Assembly (NCBI RefSeq): GCF_024521635.1
Contig: NW_026250422.1
Location: forward strand, 62,001 to 126,000
Length of the DNA stretch: 64,000 bases
Direction: 5' to 3'
Origin: Tricharina praecox
Lineage: Eukaryota
Shown here: positions 61,159 to 64,000 of the stretch, piece by piece
Layout of the letters: every line of letters begins with the position of its first letter
How positions within the stretch are numbered: the stretch's first letter is position 1
Notes under the pieces: generated by a model
What the model was told of the DNA's origin: nothing
Database searches by the model: none
The model's input: the letters and a program-made list of their open reading frames with translations, nothing else
Translations under genes and position numbers: made by a program

Positions 61159-63496
61159 ATGGCTCCACCAAAGAAGTCCACCACGACCCTCTTGAAAGAG
61201 GAGGGTCTCGAGCGCACCGACAACAGCATGCGCACACATTCATGGCCGATGATTCCGATGATCAACCAGAAAAACTACTACACCGAATACCTCAAGCGTG
61301 ACGACCAGATCATGGTAGTGCGCGAGCAAGAAGAAGCGCTACGACTAGCCGCAGCGCAGGAGCAGGCACGTCGTCAAGGCGGTGGTGGTGGTGAAGACCC
61401 TATGGCGACCGACGAACAGAAGGGTCCCGACGAAGTGGCCGAGGACGAGGAGGTGACGCGATACGGAAGCAAGATAATCGTGATCCACCCGGGCTCGCAG
61501 AACCTGCGCATTGGATATGCTAGCGACGCCCTGCCAAAGAGTATTCCGAACGTGATCGCGCGCATCGCGGAGAAGGCCGAGTTTGAATTTGAAGAGAGGT
61601 CGCCGAAACGGATGAAACTTGATGTTGATGGCGATGTGGACATGGACGACGAGGATGACGAGAAAGCTAGACCCGTTGAGAAGGATCCTGAGGTATGATC
61701 CATCGTCGTGTTGTACGTCGCAGGTGGCTAATTGGTATGCAGTTCGATTCGCAGATCAATGCCATGTCGGTCGAGCTTAAGCAGAAGATGCGCTCAAACA
61801 AGCGACGCCTACTCCCCAGCTCTAAGGAGCAGACGATCTCCTACAATCGACGAACCGTGCCGGAAACAATCAACGAACATAATGACCCTCATCGAGTCGA
61901 GTGGACCGAAGTTTCGAAAGATCAACCGAAGGAGTACTATATCGGCCATGAGGCGCTCAAGATTCCCGACACATCGACCCCACGGTACAAACTACTCTGG
62001 CCAATTCGGCACGGCTGGCTGAATGAGAGAGATTACAAGTCCAAGAGAAGGCTCATGGAGGATATACAAATCATCATTGAAGAGGGAATCAAGAACGAGT
62101 TGAAACTCGATAAGAAAGAGCTGCCGAATTACCGTGCGGTTCTAGTGATCCCTGACCTCTACGAGAGGAATTACGTGGTGGACATGGTGGAGATGCTGAT
62201 GAGGGAGATGCGATTCTCGGAGATTTGTATAATCCAGGTACGCACATACTGATCATTGTGGCTGGCTAGTGCTGACAATACCGTAGGAGTCCATGGCTGC
62301 ATCTTTCGGCGCTGGGTTCTCCCTGGCATGCATCGTAGATGTCGGAGCGCAGAAGACGTCCGTGTGCTGTGTCGACGAAGGAATGTGTATTCCGGATTCA
62401 CGGTTTGTAACTCAGCCCTCCGATACGACTACCTTCGCTCACATGATGCAGGATCAACATCAAGTACGGCGGACACGATGTCACCGAGCTCTTGCTCCGA
62501 CTTTCTCTCCAGAACTCATTCCCGTACAGCAAGATCAATCTCCGGTGCCGATACGACTTCTTGATCGCCGAGGAACTGAAGTGCAAGTACCTTACACTTC
62601 ACGATGGCGACGTGTCGGTTCAAACGCACGACTTTTATCTTCGTCGGCCGGAGAAGGCCACCCAGAAATACACATTCCGTGTATACGATGAGGTGTATCT
62701 GGCTCCGATGAGCCACTTCAAACCCGCGCTCACCGACCACTCCCACAAACTCGCCGGCCGTCGCTCGCTGTGGGAACGCAGCTACGACATCTACGACAAC
62801 ATGCCGAATGACCAGATGTCTGGTGCACAGCAAGCACTATACCAGTCACTATCGTCAAAGCTCACCGAAGTGGCCAACGGTGCCCCCGAAGCTCCTCCTC
62901 CCCGTCCGTTCGGCGCACACCTCAACCCGGCGGACATCACCCCCCGCTCGTCCGTTGCAGGCTCGCCGGTCCCTGAGACCACGACCCCCGTGCCCGGAGC
63001 CGCCACTCCATCCGGACAAGGAGGAGGGCAAGGAGGTGAGGCCACAGCCAATGGCTCGGTTGCTGGCGGTGCGTCCGCCGCGTCCGGTGGACTCACCCCT
63101 CACCAGGTGGCCATGCGTGTGTGGGAGGAGTACGACAGCACGGTGCCCGTGATGCCCCTCGACCGAGCTGTCATCGACAGCATCACGCATGCGGCCAAGG
63201 GCGACGAGAAGAAGATGCGCGACTTCTTTGCCGGGATCATGGTCGTCGGTGGCGCTGGGGCCGTGCCGGGGTTTAGAGATACCCTCGAGGACAGGATCCG
63301 CGGTGGCCTGGCCGGTAGGGACATCAACATCCTGATTGGTGTCCCGCCGAGAGAGCTCGACATGCAGGTCATCGCCTGGAAGGGGGCCAGCGTCTTTGGT
63401 AAGCTGCGGCATACTAACGACTCCTGGGTCAAGCAGAGGGAGTATGACATGCTGGGCAGCAGGGTGCTGACCCTGAAGTGCATGTGGAACTTCTAG
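61159..63496 (+). CDS. ARP8: Nuclear actin-related protein 8 (INO80 complex)
   Basis: WP...MINQKNYYTEYLKRDDQ, IVIHPGSQNLRIG, VLVIPDLY, QES.AASFGAG, CIVDVGAQKTS.CCV and PPRE.D.QV.AWKGASVF. Introns at about 61693-61742, 62238-62286 and 62403-62451. Confidence 0.95.
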
Positions 63497-64000
63497 ACGG
63501 AGGGGACGGAGGGATGTAATTTACCTACAATAGTATAATCACATGTTGGGGGCGCACTGGTTAACTGTTTGGATGCGAAGGCACTTTTGTAGAACTGGGT
63601 AGAGGGTGTGTCAATGATTGCTATCTGCTGCATCGTGAACTATCCGATTTTAAGTCTCCATACGGGCTCAAAGGCTTTGATGGATTTCCACTAGTTCGTC
63701 ACTGCGGAGTAATATATGACATAGAAGCCCGATCCCCTACATGTCCGCAGCTTGTAAATTTGTTGCACCTCATTTTTGTTTTTTTTGTTTTATCATAGTA
63801 GCATTCGACCTTTGCAGATCATGGCTGTGTACACGACCGGTTCCACCCCACTGTCTCCGACCGCTGGCCGCGAGCCCGATGTGGGTTCCCTATTGCCCTC
63901 CGCCCGGCCCCTCTGCGCATAACAAAGGGAAAGATAGAAAGAAGTAACAATGAGATGACAAAAAGGAACGGAAAGGAAACATGTCAGTCTTTTCTCCACA

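Overview
Eukaryotic, GC-rich filamentous-ascomycete genomic DNA, judged from short GT-AG introns with CTRAC/CTRAY branch points and typical Pezizomycotina genes. The species cannot be determined from the window. About 17 protein-coding genes can be modelled. In order: a 5'-truncated bifunctional BioDA-type DAPA aminotransferase, ERG2, a 1301-aa low-complexity protein, a Pex24p/dysferlin peroxin, an L-amino-acid oxidase with an apparent frameshift, an alcohol acetyltransferase, a flavin monooxygenase, a PTH11-like membrane protein, a probable kinetochore CENP-P/Ctf19, a HeLo-like N-terminal-domain protein, a head-to-head pair, an S28 peptidase, an Ser/Thr/Pro-rich hypothetical, a small GDGGxxNW-motif protein, a peroxisomal catalase, ARL1 and ARP8. 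The head-to-head pair is an HSPA12-type atypical Hsp70 plus a single-pass membrane protein whose C-terminus resembles a GrpE/Mieap-like 'VFPGL' domain. It is the best candidate for an undescribed system, and it lies near the HeLo-like gene in a repeat-rich accessory-looking block (about 37-56 kb). No tRNA, rRNA, CRISPR array or intact transposon was recognised. All family assignments come from motif recognition by eye, not from database searches.
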